Shown one piece after another: positions 30,801 to 38,375 of a DNA stretch of 64,000 nucleotides. Source of the stretch: Methanobacteriota archaeon (GTDB lineage: Archaea > Thermoplasmatota > Poseidoniia > Poseidoniales > Thalassarchaeaceae). The stretch is taken from the NCBI GenBank assembly GCA_002722735.1, contig PBMR01000015.1, forward strand, positions 33,673 to 97,672, in the 5' to 3' direction. Every line of letters starts with the position of its first letter. Positions within the stretch are counted from its first letter, which is position 1. Made by a program: the position numbers and the translations under genes. The notes beneath the pieces are model-generated. The model saw only the letters and a list, made by a program, of their open reading frames with translations, did no database searches and was not told the DNA's origin.

Positions 30801-33800
30801 TTCCACGTCCCCCCCGAGAAACCTGTGACCTTCCTAGCAGGGATGCCGGCTAGCCGGACCATAACTGCGAATACGGTGGCAAACTCGTCACAACTCCCCT
30901 CGCGTGACGCGTTGAGTAGCCAATGGGAGATATCGCTGTCTGTCCCTAGGCCGTCCACCATCTTCGAGCCATCATGGTTCCTGAGGAATGTGATCGTCTC
31001 GTTTCCATTGGTAAGGAAGTCCTGAATGGCAGCCACCTTGTCCCAGGCTGATAAAGCTCCGGACTGGTTGATTACGGCCTGAGTGACGTTGTTGACGTAG
31101 GCACTGTCCTGGTCCAAGTACGTGACAGGGAGGTCGGTAGCGTAGGTGCTTCCTGTGAATGCGGTGGTATTCTCCTTTACCTCGGCCGAGAGGATGACCT
31201 CAGGAGCGGTTACGTACAGGACCTCGATGATTGATGTGTCGACTATGACGTCCCTAGTGTAATTAGAGAAGTTTAGTCCTGCGGTGAAATCAGACCAAGT
31301 AGAGTAGTTCTGCACGTTATAGGGCTGTATCAGTTCCTGACCCGGACCAATGTAACCCGCCTCGTCGAAGATGATCTCCCATGGGAGTTGTCCGCTATGG
31401 TTCCAGAACGACTGGTCGGCGACTCCCTGATTTGTCGACCAATCCGGGAGAATTTGAGTGAACCCAACTAGGCTGGAGTTGACCCCCCACGAAACCCCTG
31501 TGTAGGAATCGTACGTATGCCATCTCCAGTAGTGAGTAACCGTGGGATCCATTCCAATTGATTTGTTGGTGGCAATGAACATCAGCGCGTTCTCAATTAG
31601 GTCATCCGTTGGATCGAACGGGTCTCCAGGGGATCCGTCACAATCTGAGAGCCAGTACTCAGGTGGGCATTCTTCACCGTCGGGAACGCCTCCACCATCC
31701 GTATCAGGATCCCTCCAATCAGTGCCGATTTCTTCCTCTATGGTATCTGGTATCCCATCCCCGTCGCTGTCGAGTGGGTTGATGTCGTCATCCGGGTTGT
31801 TTTGGGGGTTGGTACCGTCGATGTACTCCTGGCCATCCTCCACCCCACCGTTGTCAGAATCAGCCACGTTCCACAGGGTGACCCAAGTATCGAAGGTGAG
31901 ATTCCCACCCATAATGCCGAAAATCATATCACAGCCAGTTGTGTTCTCAAAGTAGTTGTTGAGACCGTCGTCATCTGAATCAAGCAGGTTGTGGCATGGC
32001 TCCAAGGGGTTGGTTTGGTTCTGAATCTCCGACAGGTCGTCCACCCCATCACCATCGGAGTCTGTCAGGTTGACGTAGGAAAGGTACCCCCATGTCCCCA
32101 TCCTTTCCTCCCAATCTGCTATACCGTCTCCATCCAAGTCCGGGTAATCGTCGTCGCAATGGGGGTCGTTAACCGCACCAACTGTTGCATTCCAGCACCA
32201 AGACCCGTTGGTGAAGACGACGTTTGTTGCACCACCTGGCAACGGTGTGTCGACTCCTTTCAGCCAGTGGACATCGACGGATGTGAATCTGAATGGGGTT
32301 CGCTCGCCATTGAGTGTCTCGTAGTACGCCATTGGAGCGCCCGACTGTCGCCAATCAAGCGGGTTAGGGTTGATTCCGATGGTCGAATTAAGGGTCAGGA
32401 TATTCTGGTTTGAGTCCCAGTCGGTGATTGTGAAAACCAGTTCGACGGAGGACGTGCAAGGATCCGTATTGCGGAAGAAGTCACGCTCGTCTCCATCGTT
32501 AATACCCCCTCCATCGGAGTCGGAGACGTTCCACAGCGAGCAACTAACATTCTCCTGCCAATTTGGGAGGCCATCACCGTCGAAGTCCCCATCATCGTTT
32601 ACCCTTGTTGGATCAGTCTCTCCCTCGTCTACGACCCCGTTTCCGTTGAGGTCCTCCTCACCATCGTCCAGATAGTCCCCATCCGTGTTGTTGTCACGGG
32701 GATCCGAGCCCTGTGGTGGATTGTCGCCGTATGAGCCGTTGAACTCTATGCCATCGAGGATGCCATCTGAATCCGTATCCACGGCGGTCGGATCAGTCAG
32801 CAGGACGAGGGCCTCGAAGGAGTCATTGAGACCGTCACCATCGGTGTCGTTGTTATTGGGGTCAGTCTGCGTAATCCCGTCGACTTCGGCCGTGAATATC
32901 TGACAACCACCGGGACCGAGGGAAAGTACGGGATTGCAAGGGGATTCGGTGGCTGTCATATTGGTCGGCCCGGGTCGAAAGTACTGGGTGGGGGGGAATG
33001 TGGAGCCGTTCCTAGTGCCCCAAGCCGGATTGACGTATTCGTAGATATTGGCAAGGCCATCCCCATCAGGGTCTCCGTAAGTCCCATCCTGATTGGAGTT
33101 CGAGGTGGGGTCCAAGCCGTGAGCTGCTTCCCAACCGTCGGGCATTCCATCGCCGTCTGTGTCCCATCCATTGGGATCCTCGTCCATCAGGCCGTCACCA
33201 TCGTCGTCATTGGAGTCGCAATCTGCGTCTCCATCATTGTCTCCATCGTCGGAATCCACCATGCCATCCTTGTCGTTGTCAAAGGTGTCCGTGCAGATAT
33301 TGCCCATTGGATCCTCATCAGCCCCATCAGAACCCGTCCCTTGGATCAGTTGCATGGCAGACTCCTCATCCCAGTCGCTGACGGGGACGGTCCCGTTCCA
33401 CCAGACCCCATTGTCCAGATTGTTGGGAGTGGATGGCTCGTCCCACCCGTCTGGAATGCCGAAAAGGTACTCGTTTAGGTTGGTGAGGGCATCCGAGTCA
33501 GGGTCCCCAGTGGAGCCGTTGTCACCAGCAGATGATAGGGGATCGAGGCCATACTGCCACTCCCAACCGTCGGGAAGACCGTCGTTGTCGGAATCCCAGT
33601 CCTGTGGTTGGGTGTTGATGTAGAACTCGAGGCCATAGGAAAGACCGTCGCCGTCTTGATCGGTGGTTGCCATTGCCTCCCAAATCCCAAATTGCATCAC
33701 CGCGTGGCTCGATAACAGAAGGAAGGCCGTGAATACGAGTGCTGAGCGCTTCCTACCCCTGGGATCCAAGGCCTCGTAATCCCTAATTACGAACAGCAAG

Positions 33801-33808
33801 GCTACCAT
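24860..33808 (-). CDS. Giant (2982 aa) secreted transglutaminase-like cysteine-protease-fold protein with N-terminal thrombospondin-type-3-like Ca-binding repeats, multiple carboxypeptidase-regulatory/Ig-like domains, a C-terminal TM helix and a cytoplasmic DUF4129-like tail
   Basis: Signal-peptide-like N-terminus. About 15 repeats of DxDxDGxxDxxE (DQDGDGLSYGLE, DSDNDGLPDGWE, DTDGDGMPDGWE, ...). Transglutaminase core GSCDEFATVFAVMVRLAGIPARKVTGFSGG ... FSRWVEVHL. TDENGNFNLSGLPP-type CarbopepD_reg-like repeats. A TM helix (VVFGLVSILVIAVLITSVFVVL) precedes ~170 cytoplasmic residues ending ...LDRIFEEARYSSHELG (DUF4129-like). Very rich in N-x-S/T sequons. Confidence 0.7.
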   Translation of the reverse strand: MVALLFVIRDYEALDPRGRKRSALVFTAFLLLSSHAVMQFGIWEAMATTDQDGDGLSYGLEFYINTQPQDWDSDNDGLPDGWEWQYGLDPLSSAGDNGSTGDPDSDALTNLNEYLFGIPDGWDEPSTPNNLDNGVWWNGTVPVSDWDEESAMQLIQGTGSDGADEDPMGNICTDTFDNDKDGMVDSDDGDNDGDADCDSNDDDGDGLMDEDPNGWDTDGDGMPDGWEAAHGLDPTSNSNQDGTYGDPDGDGLANIYEYVNPAWGTRNGSTFPPTQYFRPGPTNMTATESPCNPVLSLGPGGCQIFTAEVDGITQTDPNNNDTDGDGLNDSFEALVLLTDPTAVDTDSDGILDGIEFNGSYGDNPPQGSDPRDNNTDGDYLDDGEEDLNGNGVVDEGETDPTRVNDDGDFDGDGLPNWQENVSCSLWNVSDSDGGGINDGDERDFFRNTDPCTSSVELVFTITDWDSNQNILTLNSTIGINPNPLDWRQSGAPMAYYETLNGERTPFRFTSVDVHWLKGVDTPLPGGATNVVFTNGSWCWNATVGAVNDPHCDDDYPDLDGDGIADWEERMGTWGYLSYVNLTDSDGDGVDDLSEIQNQTNPLEPCHNLLDSDDDGLNNYFENTTGCDMIFGIMGGNLTFDTWVTLWNVADSDNGGVEDGQEYIDGTNPQNNPDDDINPLDSDGDGIPDTIEEEIGTDWRDPDTDGGGVPDGEECPPEYWLSDCDGSPGDPFDPTDDLIENALMFIATNKSIGMDPTVTHYWRWHTYDSYTGVSWGVNSSLVGFTQILPDWSTNQGVADQSFWNHSGQLPWEIIFDEAGYIGPGQELIQPYNVQNYSTWSDFTAGLNFSNYTRDVIVDTSIIEVLYVTAPEVILSAEVKENTTAFTGSTYATDLPVTYLDQDSAYVNNVTQAVINQSGALSAWDKVAAIQDFLTNGNETITFLRNHDGSKMVDGLGTDSDISHWLLNASREGSCDEFATVFAVMVRLAGIPARKVTGFSGGTWNGDSFAVFGKDFSRWVEVHLQTNQNQGDLDLGWVPFEACPPMSLIEAVNETWGPSAIDRNISISETIWVEGTLQFVDNSTAVENLSISMYLVDPDNADDIPGRSAASNHLVATAMTDENGNFNLSGLPPQAIRPGYGSLVIQTTEQGYVGTQGVTFPWLINITDNVALSISEPPPLEQPMLGIGVNTTIIGQLSWSSIPKLDPSQVDDLQIVLNYVTVNEGEVNLTTIVAGGGYYEFSVPIAESEPLGLINASISFSGWHEDDMNNATPPSYHARPGSISLQFNITLSPNLSVTLEALGSNNSVLEIDNPIFLNGTVLSRGVNPTTLNGTLILEMRRLDISGPYTTLHTWQMNDTSWDPLSSGEFVVNWSFSAAEVPIPAGPVEIRIQFDADGLFANDQVQLSDYGIRSFVEFNYTLVSKPRGVSAEVEVILTDHTGSSFASFEGGYNLDFDGTGVWNVTDPSSPRLAVAWTPDRELEAGDYDWVMNYSGSTWLQPTSVQDTIRIMGLANVSASIDLDWTPRGSTNRVSGFVRDMVLFSTVTGNNSSVTLRLEVPSSLPPAPDGFPAAPDIYPLATGWVNTATGGYNLSFEMPSGVASGVYTLRIKLDFTVNPPPGGHYFAISDGTEIPGGIQSEFVVTTEPSAVILVAGDDLIVNATVTDVEDEGKAIAGVDLDLYFDWGGPLQQILDSAITGSGGVAAFSPTIPSSIAPGFYEVRIHAPDDLSDNLSVESAGRWLGNHSNVNLTVQVPSFVEISSIPTEVTALHYFTIAGTVLDSIDSNRTVEGPVGLEVFFLDQPEEILIENHTTDSNGSFNFSVPTDTLGDGVTKGMRTVVVSVLNGTTPFYLTGTGDASILVRGIPQFVGTTPFLVTVVNRGDTATITSRLVEFSDNDEALSGFSVSAKFHDTWMEQELSSGDGSIAFEFDIPHNHPLGVVNVSLFFNGSEDLHATIRTISTITVRSPAIMAINPIIDNPLAGEFFNVTGSLVSSNGSALTDRTGNLLNPTLTFSIDGETDTFTVSQLNYEPDGNWSALLRLDLSFPRGSHGIIVLFTPEVSYYTTATELALFDSRGFSLLSIDDPTDLDPDSRTLRGDRVNIVLSLIDNAGNPVQSAQLTMQIDGAPVWNGITDPDGNASAELLVDSDRNPGPMTVTAIFTGVNGTTGLLGDEVWTRVIILVPSELRITGTTHPSIVGNSVTFSGTLLDERGQPLLEDGTLAGGVIHLSIDGADVGPTYTTISNATNGHWMITYDLPLDMYFGSHQVGVVFLGGFTWADPMGQGDSLNPEFYLPSSNSIGFNVTQTSQVIITSSPGEVDRSDLVLIQGLLTDGVGRGLADRGIEVSVGGQFMTGLEVGGNGSFSVYMPVPPDMPLGHRIVEIEFAGEEFVLSSNSSTVITVFGPVFISIVDPPLAAVDDTIILRGTAKDNLEEGWLGNHTIEIFLDGILIGITSTGDNGHWSFPWVIPDSLDIGNHTLSVIAPAQGYHRQGNVEATLTISYHTVISAQTEELSATRGSEWNFSGRLYEGDTGYELGLDDREVSVLLDGIVVGTVFTELGGLFNYSHSLGYAIPRGSHNISFSYGGEFLYLPTEANLTVFALSDVLIEVQPITSKIIRGNISHSILIQGFVREIGGDSSIFENLTISLSWGESALPLQTGPWDNPNTMNFQMKAKAQELMPPGKNIVTIKIGPDQSRFLNGASKDIEITVVIEVDFTLSSIELSTGQRVIRGIVNVTARDTGSPVEGLSMIAMLQNGTTSHFSMSRLTDAEGTFEYEFKALSPLPPLSDISSWGRLSVMLDSDSDFIDARSLAYLPREGVQIGYEEDSSDPFFGPVVFGLVSILVIAVLITSVFVVLSHRRKTAIKELADVFSYTADVLASGDEFRKAIFECYQKLCAVLMRSGFLRRDFETVREFEIAIRNALPISESSLISLDRIFEEARYSSHELGGDHRENAKIALASVLREIEELQEIPQRSTKAIEAEA

Positions 33809-33877
33809 CCCTATTTTGCTGGTCCTACGAACGGGTCTTAAGAGGAATGGAGCGCCGTTCGGACATATGCAGGAGGT

Positions 33878-36814
33878 TTAGACTAGTTCAACATCCTCAT
33901 CGTCGTATCTGTCAGTTCTATGTCCACTATCCAAGACGGTGACAGGTGCTGGAATCTGCTGCTCTGCATCTGTTTCCACTGTTGCTTGATCATCGGAAAT
34001 CGCATCAATCAGTGACATCTGTGCGGCCCAACGACGCCGATTCATCCTGCTCTGGATCCCTGCAAAGAGGAGCAGTGCGCTGACAACAACCAGCACCAAT
34101 GTGATCGGGCGGGGATGGGTCAGCTCGTTGATGAGAATGTCGGGGATTGAACCAATCTCAACCACGGCATCTAGGGTGAACGTTGCTGTGTATGACTCGG
34201 AAAAACCTTGCTCGGTATCGAGAGGGGTGGCTGAGATTGAAATTGGGATTAAGTCACCGTTGTTCGCCGACTCAGAAACGGAAATCTCGACTGTGAAGGC
34301 GGTTTCCTCGAAGGCCCCGATCTCGATGAGTGGTGATCCGGACAAGCCTCCTATCTCGGCATTCCAGTCATTTTCCTCGACGTCGGACTCCAGCAGGACT
34401 GTGAGGGGGCTGTTTCCTTGGTTCTTGACTTTCATCTGAATCGAGTATTGGCCGCCTGGAACGAGTTTGGTGTTCTGAGACACCTGAAGGATTTCGAGCA
34501 TGGGGTCGTCAGCATCGATCTCGAAAACCATGGGCAGGTCAAAGTACCGCGGATCCCCATCCTCTGTGTCCTCGACGACCCTCAGGTATACGGTGTGGTT
34601 ACCGACTTCGACTTGGTTAGTCATAGTGGCGGTGACGAAGACCTCGGTAAAGTCGCCAGGTCCGAGCGAGACTCTGGGGATCGATTCGCCGTCCGCATCG
34701 GTGATTTGGAAATCCCATTGGCCGTAAGCTGGGTTGCGATCGGTGTTTTCCTTCAGGGAGGACGGGTTCTGCAATAACCACCATGTTGCTGCCTCATCCC
34801 CAGTCATGCTGTTGGTGATTCGAGCACGGAACTCGATTGTCGGCCTATCTGACCCGGGGGCGCATAGTGATACCTTCATGTGACCCAAGGGGGTTCCGTC
34901 ACAGTCCTGTGAAACCTCAGCGCGGACACCGAATGTCCTCTGGATGGTGAATGTCACAACTGATTTCAATGAGGAATTGCCGACGCTGGTGACCTCAACC
35001 TCGATCTCCCCGATATCTGGGTCTTCTCTGTCCAAACTAGGCTTGATTCCAAGAATGAACACTTGGGTCGCATGACGCTCCAACAGCGATGTATGGAAGG
35101 TTCCATCGCCCTCATCCTCCAGAATCCTCTGACCGGTAGTGTTGTCATGTAGTTGGAAAAGTGACTTGGAGCGTTTAAGGACGTCAATTCGGAACGAATC
35201 AGCATCGAAACCCGTGTTGAATATCTCGAGGATGAAGGGGTTGAACTCGTCGTAGTCGGTGAACCTCGGAATCGTTGGATCTATTGCGTCGGCCCTAGAT
35301 GAGTTGGCGATCGGAATCTTGTGGTCATCGGACCAGATAGAGGTGACGGGGGGTTGGTAAACATCTATCTTCTCGATATTCAGAATGAGAACGTCTTGGT
35401 GCACGACCGACATCACACCATCAACATCAGCCTCGGCAACGGCACGGATCTCGAGCTTCTTGGCCGTTCCAGTGAGGTCACCGGGAGCTGTGAGAGTGAC
35501 GGTGGGATTGAGAATGGTGCCACCCGAATTGAGTTCGTATCCGGCGGGTGAGTCGAACTCGATTAGCCATGAGCTACCGAGGTTGGTCAGGACCTCCAGT
35601 TCTACGAGCATCGACGTGGTGGAATCACCCCTATGGACTAGTTGGAGTGGAATTGGAGTAATTTGGCCGGGGGCGAAGTACTCCACGTTCCTATCGTGCC
35701 TGTGGTTGACGGATACTCCCCACTGGTGCATGGTGATTGGTTCGTGGTCAATAGCCACCGGATTGCCTTGGATATCGGTGACTCGAAGTTCTACGGAGTA
35801 CTCACCAGAAGGGAGGCCACTGGGGTATGTCCAGAGATATGTCCCAAAGATTCCGGTATTCGAGTCCTCGATGTCCTCATCATCCTCAGAAATTCTGTGA
35901 TCGACCACGTAGGTCCCTTCCGGGTCCCGCATCAGAAGTTCGACCTTCGCGATGTCGAACCTTCCGAACGAGCTCTTGGCATCGATAGAGAACTGCATTG
36001 CCCTGTCTTCTATGATGTCGTTGGGGAACCAATCGAGTTCCGGGCCTTCGGGGAGGTTTGCACCTTCCCTCTGTAGAACAATGATGCTTTTGCTCAGGGC
36101 GTTTGCATCGGCCTGCACGTTCGAGAACCTATTCTCGCCCGAGATTTGGTTCCACGCTACCTCTGCCGTGCAACTCGAGGAGAAGATTCCGCCATCGCAA
36201 CCGCTCATGCTCGCTCGCACATTGACCTCGAGTCGTTCGTCCTTGTCGACTGTGAATGACCGATCCCCCCCAATGTTGACTTCAAAGGATTCGTAGTCGA
36301 AGGAACAGGTGCTGGAGAAGGTGGAGTCGCACACTGCCCCCCCATCCCATGTCGAGCTGCCGACCGAGCCGCCAGAGGTCCGGACCGAGACAGTCCAATC
36401 GACACTGGACTGCGAGGATCCGGTAGCTTTTAGAAACAGATTGACCGGCAGGTAGTACGAATCATTGGCGTGGTACTTGCGCCCGAAGAACTCCATTGAG
36501 GAGATGAGTTCATTCGATTTGAACTCAACATTTGAATCGAGGGCGCTAGCAGTCTCCTGACCTCCGCTTTCGGGAATCTTGGTGGTAATCAGCCCGTCCA
36601 TTCCCGAGCCGTTCCCACTAGCGAAGTACAGGGTGTAGAAGTTGGCATCGGGGGGGCTTGAGTCGACTCTTGAGGGGAGTGGGGCGAGGTTGTCCCTGGA
36701 GTCTCCGGTTAGCCCGACTGGTAGTAGCATCAGGGCCACTATGGCATAGGTGACGAGGTGGGCTCGGCCGCATGACTCGATTCTTGAGCGATTTCGCACG
36801 ATTGTCCGTCGCAT
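33878..36814 (-). CDS. Secreted surface protein (978 aa) with signal peptide, beta-rich extracellular region and C-terminal TM anchor plus acidic cytoplasmic tail; directly upstream of, and co-oriented with, the giant transglutaminase-like gene
   Basis: ATG start; the N-terminal TM/signal segment is AIVALMLLPVGLTG; many sequons; C-terminal TM helix ITLVLVVVSALLLFAGI followed by RMNRRRW and an acidic tail. Confidence 0.5.
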   Translation of the reverse strand: MRRTIVRNRSRIESCGRAHLVTYAIVALMLLPVGLTGDSRDNLAPLPSRVDSSPPDANFYTLYFASGNGSGMDGLITTKIPESGGQETASALDSNVEFKSNELISSMEFFGRKYHANDSYYLPVNLFLKATGSSQSSVDWTVSVRTSGGSVGSSTWDGGAVCDSTFSSTCSFDYESFEVNIGGDRSFTVDKDERLEVNVRASMSGCDGGIFSSSCTAEVAWNQISGENRFSNVQADANALSKSIIVLQREGANLPEGPELDWFPNDIIEDRAMQFSIDAKSSFGRFDIAKVELLMRDPEGTYVVDHRISEDDEDIEDSNTGIFGTYLWTYPSGLPSGEYSVELRVTDIQGNPVAIDHEPITMHQWGVSVNHRHDRNVEYFAPGQITPIPLQLVHRGDSTTSMLVELEVLTNLGSSWLIEFDSPAGYELNSGGTILNPTVTLTAPGDLTGTAKKLEIRAVAEADVDGVMSVVHQDVLILNIEKIDVYQPPVTSIWSDDHKIPIANSSRADAIDPTIPRFTDYDEFNPFILEIFNTGFDADSFRIDVLKRSKSLFQLHDNTTGQRILEDEGDGTFHTSLLERHATQVFILGIKPSLDREDPDIGEIEVEVTSVGNSSLKSVVTFTIQRTFGVRAEVSQDCDGTPLGHMKVSLCAPGSDRPTIEFRARITNSMTGDEAATWWLLQNPSSLKENTDRNPAYGQWDFQITDADGESIPRVSLGPGDFTEVFVTATMTNQVEVGNHTVYLRVVEDTEDGDPRYFDLPMVFEIDADDPMLEILQVSQNTKLVPGGQYSIQMKVKNQGNSPLTVLLESDVEENDWNAEIGGLSGSPLIEIGAFEETAFTVEISVSESANNGDLIPISISATPLDTEQGFSESYTATFTLDAVVEIGSIPDILINELTHPRPITLVLVVVSALLLFAGIQSRMNRRRWAAQMSLIDAISDDQATVETDAEQQIPAPVTVLDSGHRTDRYDDEDVELV

Positions 36815-36915
36815 TCGGGATGTTAAAGCGTTCGGGATGCTGGAGCGTGCAATGCATCGGTTCTTGCATAGTTGGTTTCCGCTCGATTGAAAGCAAGCGG
36901 CTCAACTGGAGGTGT

Positions 36916-37001
36916 GCAGGGGTGCCCGAGTTGGACAAAGGGGCCGGACTTAAGCTCCGGTGCTTAGCGCTTCGTGGGTTCGAATCCCTCCCCCTGCACC
37001 A
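36916..37001 (+). tRNA. tRNA-Leu (anticodon UAA), encoded CCA
   Basis: Acceptor stem GCAGGGG/CCCCTGC with discriminator A. The anticodon stem CCGGA/TCCGG carries the loop CTTAAGC (anticodon TAA). There is a long variable arm and a TTCGAAT T-loop. Confidence 0.85.
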
Positions 37002-37015
37002 ATCAAATTGATGAG

Positions 37016-37420
37016 TCACTTGAGGCGAGTTACCGAGCAGCCTAGCTCACCCTCGAAGTCGGGGATATCCTGCTTGGTGATCTTGACCGATGCTGCCATG
37101 ACCTCAGTGGGTGCCAACAGCTCGTCAAGCAACTCGGAGGCTAGACTCTCGAGCAGTCCGAATCGACCCCTTGAGATCACGGAGTCCAAGGCAGTTTGGA
37201 GGTACTCGTAGTTCAGGACTTGGTTGATATCATCACCCAAAGGCGTCTGAGATTCTGACTGTACAGCGTAAATGTCGAACCTGACCGATTGGCTAGCGTC
37301 GTGCTCGAAATCATGGATTCCCACCTCAATCTCCCGAACTGCGTCCTCCAAGAAGACTATCGTGGCATCCTCCGAGGACTTCGAGAGTACCGACGCCAGC
37401 GCATCCACTAGCTCGGTCAT
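37016..37420 (-). CDS. Dihydroneopterin aldolase-like protein (FolB family)
   Basis: About 134 aa. VRFDIYAVQ..., DDINQVLNYEYL and RFGLLESLASELLDELL follow the FolB motif order (DD.ndtvnY, LiEtLAe.i). Confidence 0.45.
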   Translation of the reverse strand: MTELVDALASVLSKSSEDATIVFLEDAVREIEVGIHDFEHDASQSVRFDIYAVQSESQTPLGDDINQVLNYEYLQTALDSVISRGRFGLLESLASELLDELLAPTEVMAASVKITKQDIPDFEGELGCSVTRLK

Positions 37421-38184
37421 GACTCTCCCTCCGTCTCGAAGATAACGTCCCTAGGCCGCATAAGGAACCTTTCCCCAGAGTCAACGAAAATTACCTGCCC
37501 GGTGACAGAGCCAGCCCCCATCAGATAAGATACAGCACCGGCGATATCTTCTGGACCTGGTCCGTAACCCAAGGGAGCCTCAGACTGAGCCCTAGCAAAC
37601 CCAGAGGGGGATTGAAAGGGACTAGGGAGCGTGTGACCTGGAGCCACAGCGTTGACGCGAATGGAGGGTGCGAGCCCCCTCGCGAGGGCTTCGGTGAGAC
37701 CAAGCATAGCATATCTGGATGCCGTGTAAGAGAGATGGTCGGGATTCGGGGCTGCGATCTTCTGGTCAAGGATGTTCACCACAGATGCTTGGTGGCCTTC
37801 ACCGAGTCGCTGGCATAGTGATCTGATCAACAGCATTGGTGCCCTCACGTTCACGGCCATGTGGCCATCCCAAGAGGCCTCATCGAATGTCGTGATGTCG
37901 TCGTGGACGAAGGTCGAGGCATTGTTCACCAGTCCGAACACGCCTCCCAATGCCTCAGAGGCCTTGTCAATCAAAGTTGAGGTGGCTGCCGGATCCACCA
38001 AGTCGCACTGTACTGTTGTCGCGCTCCCCCCCATGGACGCGATTTCACTGGCGAGGTCCGAAGCCTCCGATGCAGAGTCGCGGTGGTGAATGGCAATGGC
38101 GTAGCCATCATTTGCAAGTTGGATGCAGATGGAGCGCCCGATACGCTTGGCACCACCAGTGACCAGAATAGCACCCCTGTCCAT
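37417..38184 (-). CDS. Short-chain dehydrogenase/reductase, pteridine-reductase (FolM/PTR1)-like
   Basis: ILVTGGAKRIGRSI (TGxxxRIG variant of the SDR glycine motif typical of pteridine reductases), NNAS, and YxxxK (YTASRYAMLGL). Stop/start overlaps the FolB-like gene. Start moved to the internal ATG (MDRGAIL). Confidence 0.6.
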   Translation of the reverse strand: MDRGAILVTGGAKRIGRSICIQLANDGYAIAIHHRDSASEASDLASEIASMGGSATTVQCDLVDPAATSTLIDKASEALGGVFGLVNNASTFVHDDITTFDEASWDGHMAVNVRAPMLLIRSLCQRLGEGHQASVVNILDQKIAAPNPDHLSYTASRYAMLGLTEALARGLAPSIRVNAVAPGHTLPSPFQSPSGFARAQSEAPLGYGPGPEDIAGAVSYLMGAGSVTGQVIFVDSGERFLMRPRDVIFETEGES

Positions 38185-38375
38185 GCAGCGCGGATGAACG
38201 ACTTGCATTTTACCGATTGCACGGCTCGCTTGGCATCTGATTAGCATGATAACGATTAATGTTGAGTCTCCATCCGGCAATCCTGATGGACAGGCGACTG
38301 TCGACCATTGACCCCAGGGATACCCTACCTGGTGGCTGTGGCGGAGTATCCAGAGGGAGTCCACGGGAGCGCCGT

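Noticed and set aside
36618-37019. 133-aa minus-strand ORF covering the tRNA-Leu gene
   Set aside because: It is antisense to a well-formed tRNA, which has a cloverleaf with anticodon UAA. Its translation is Arg/Pro-rich noise.
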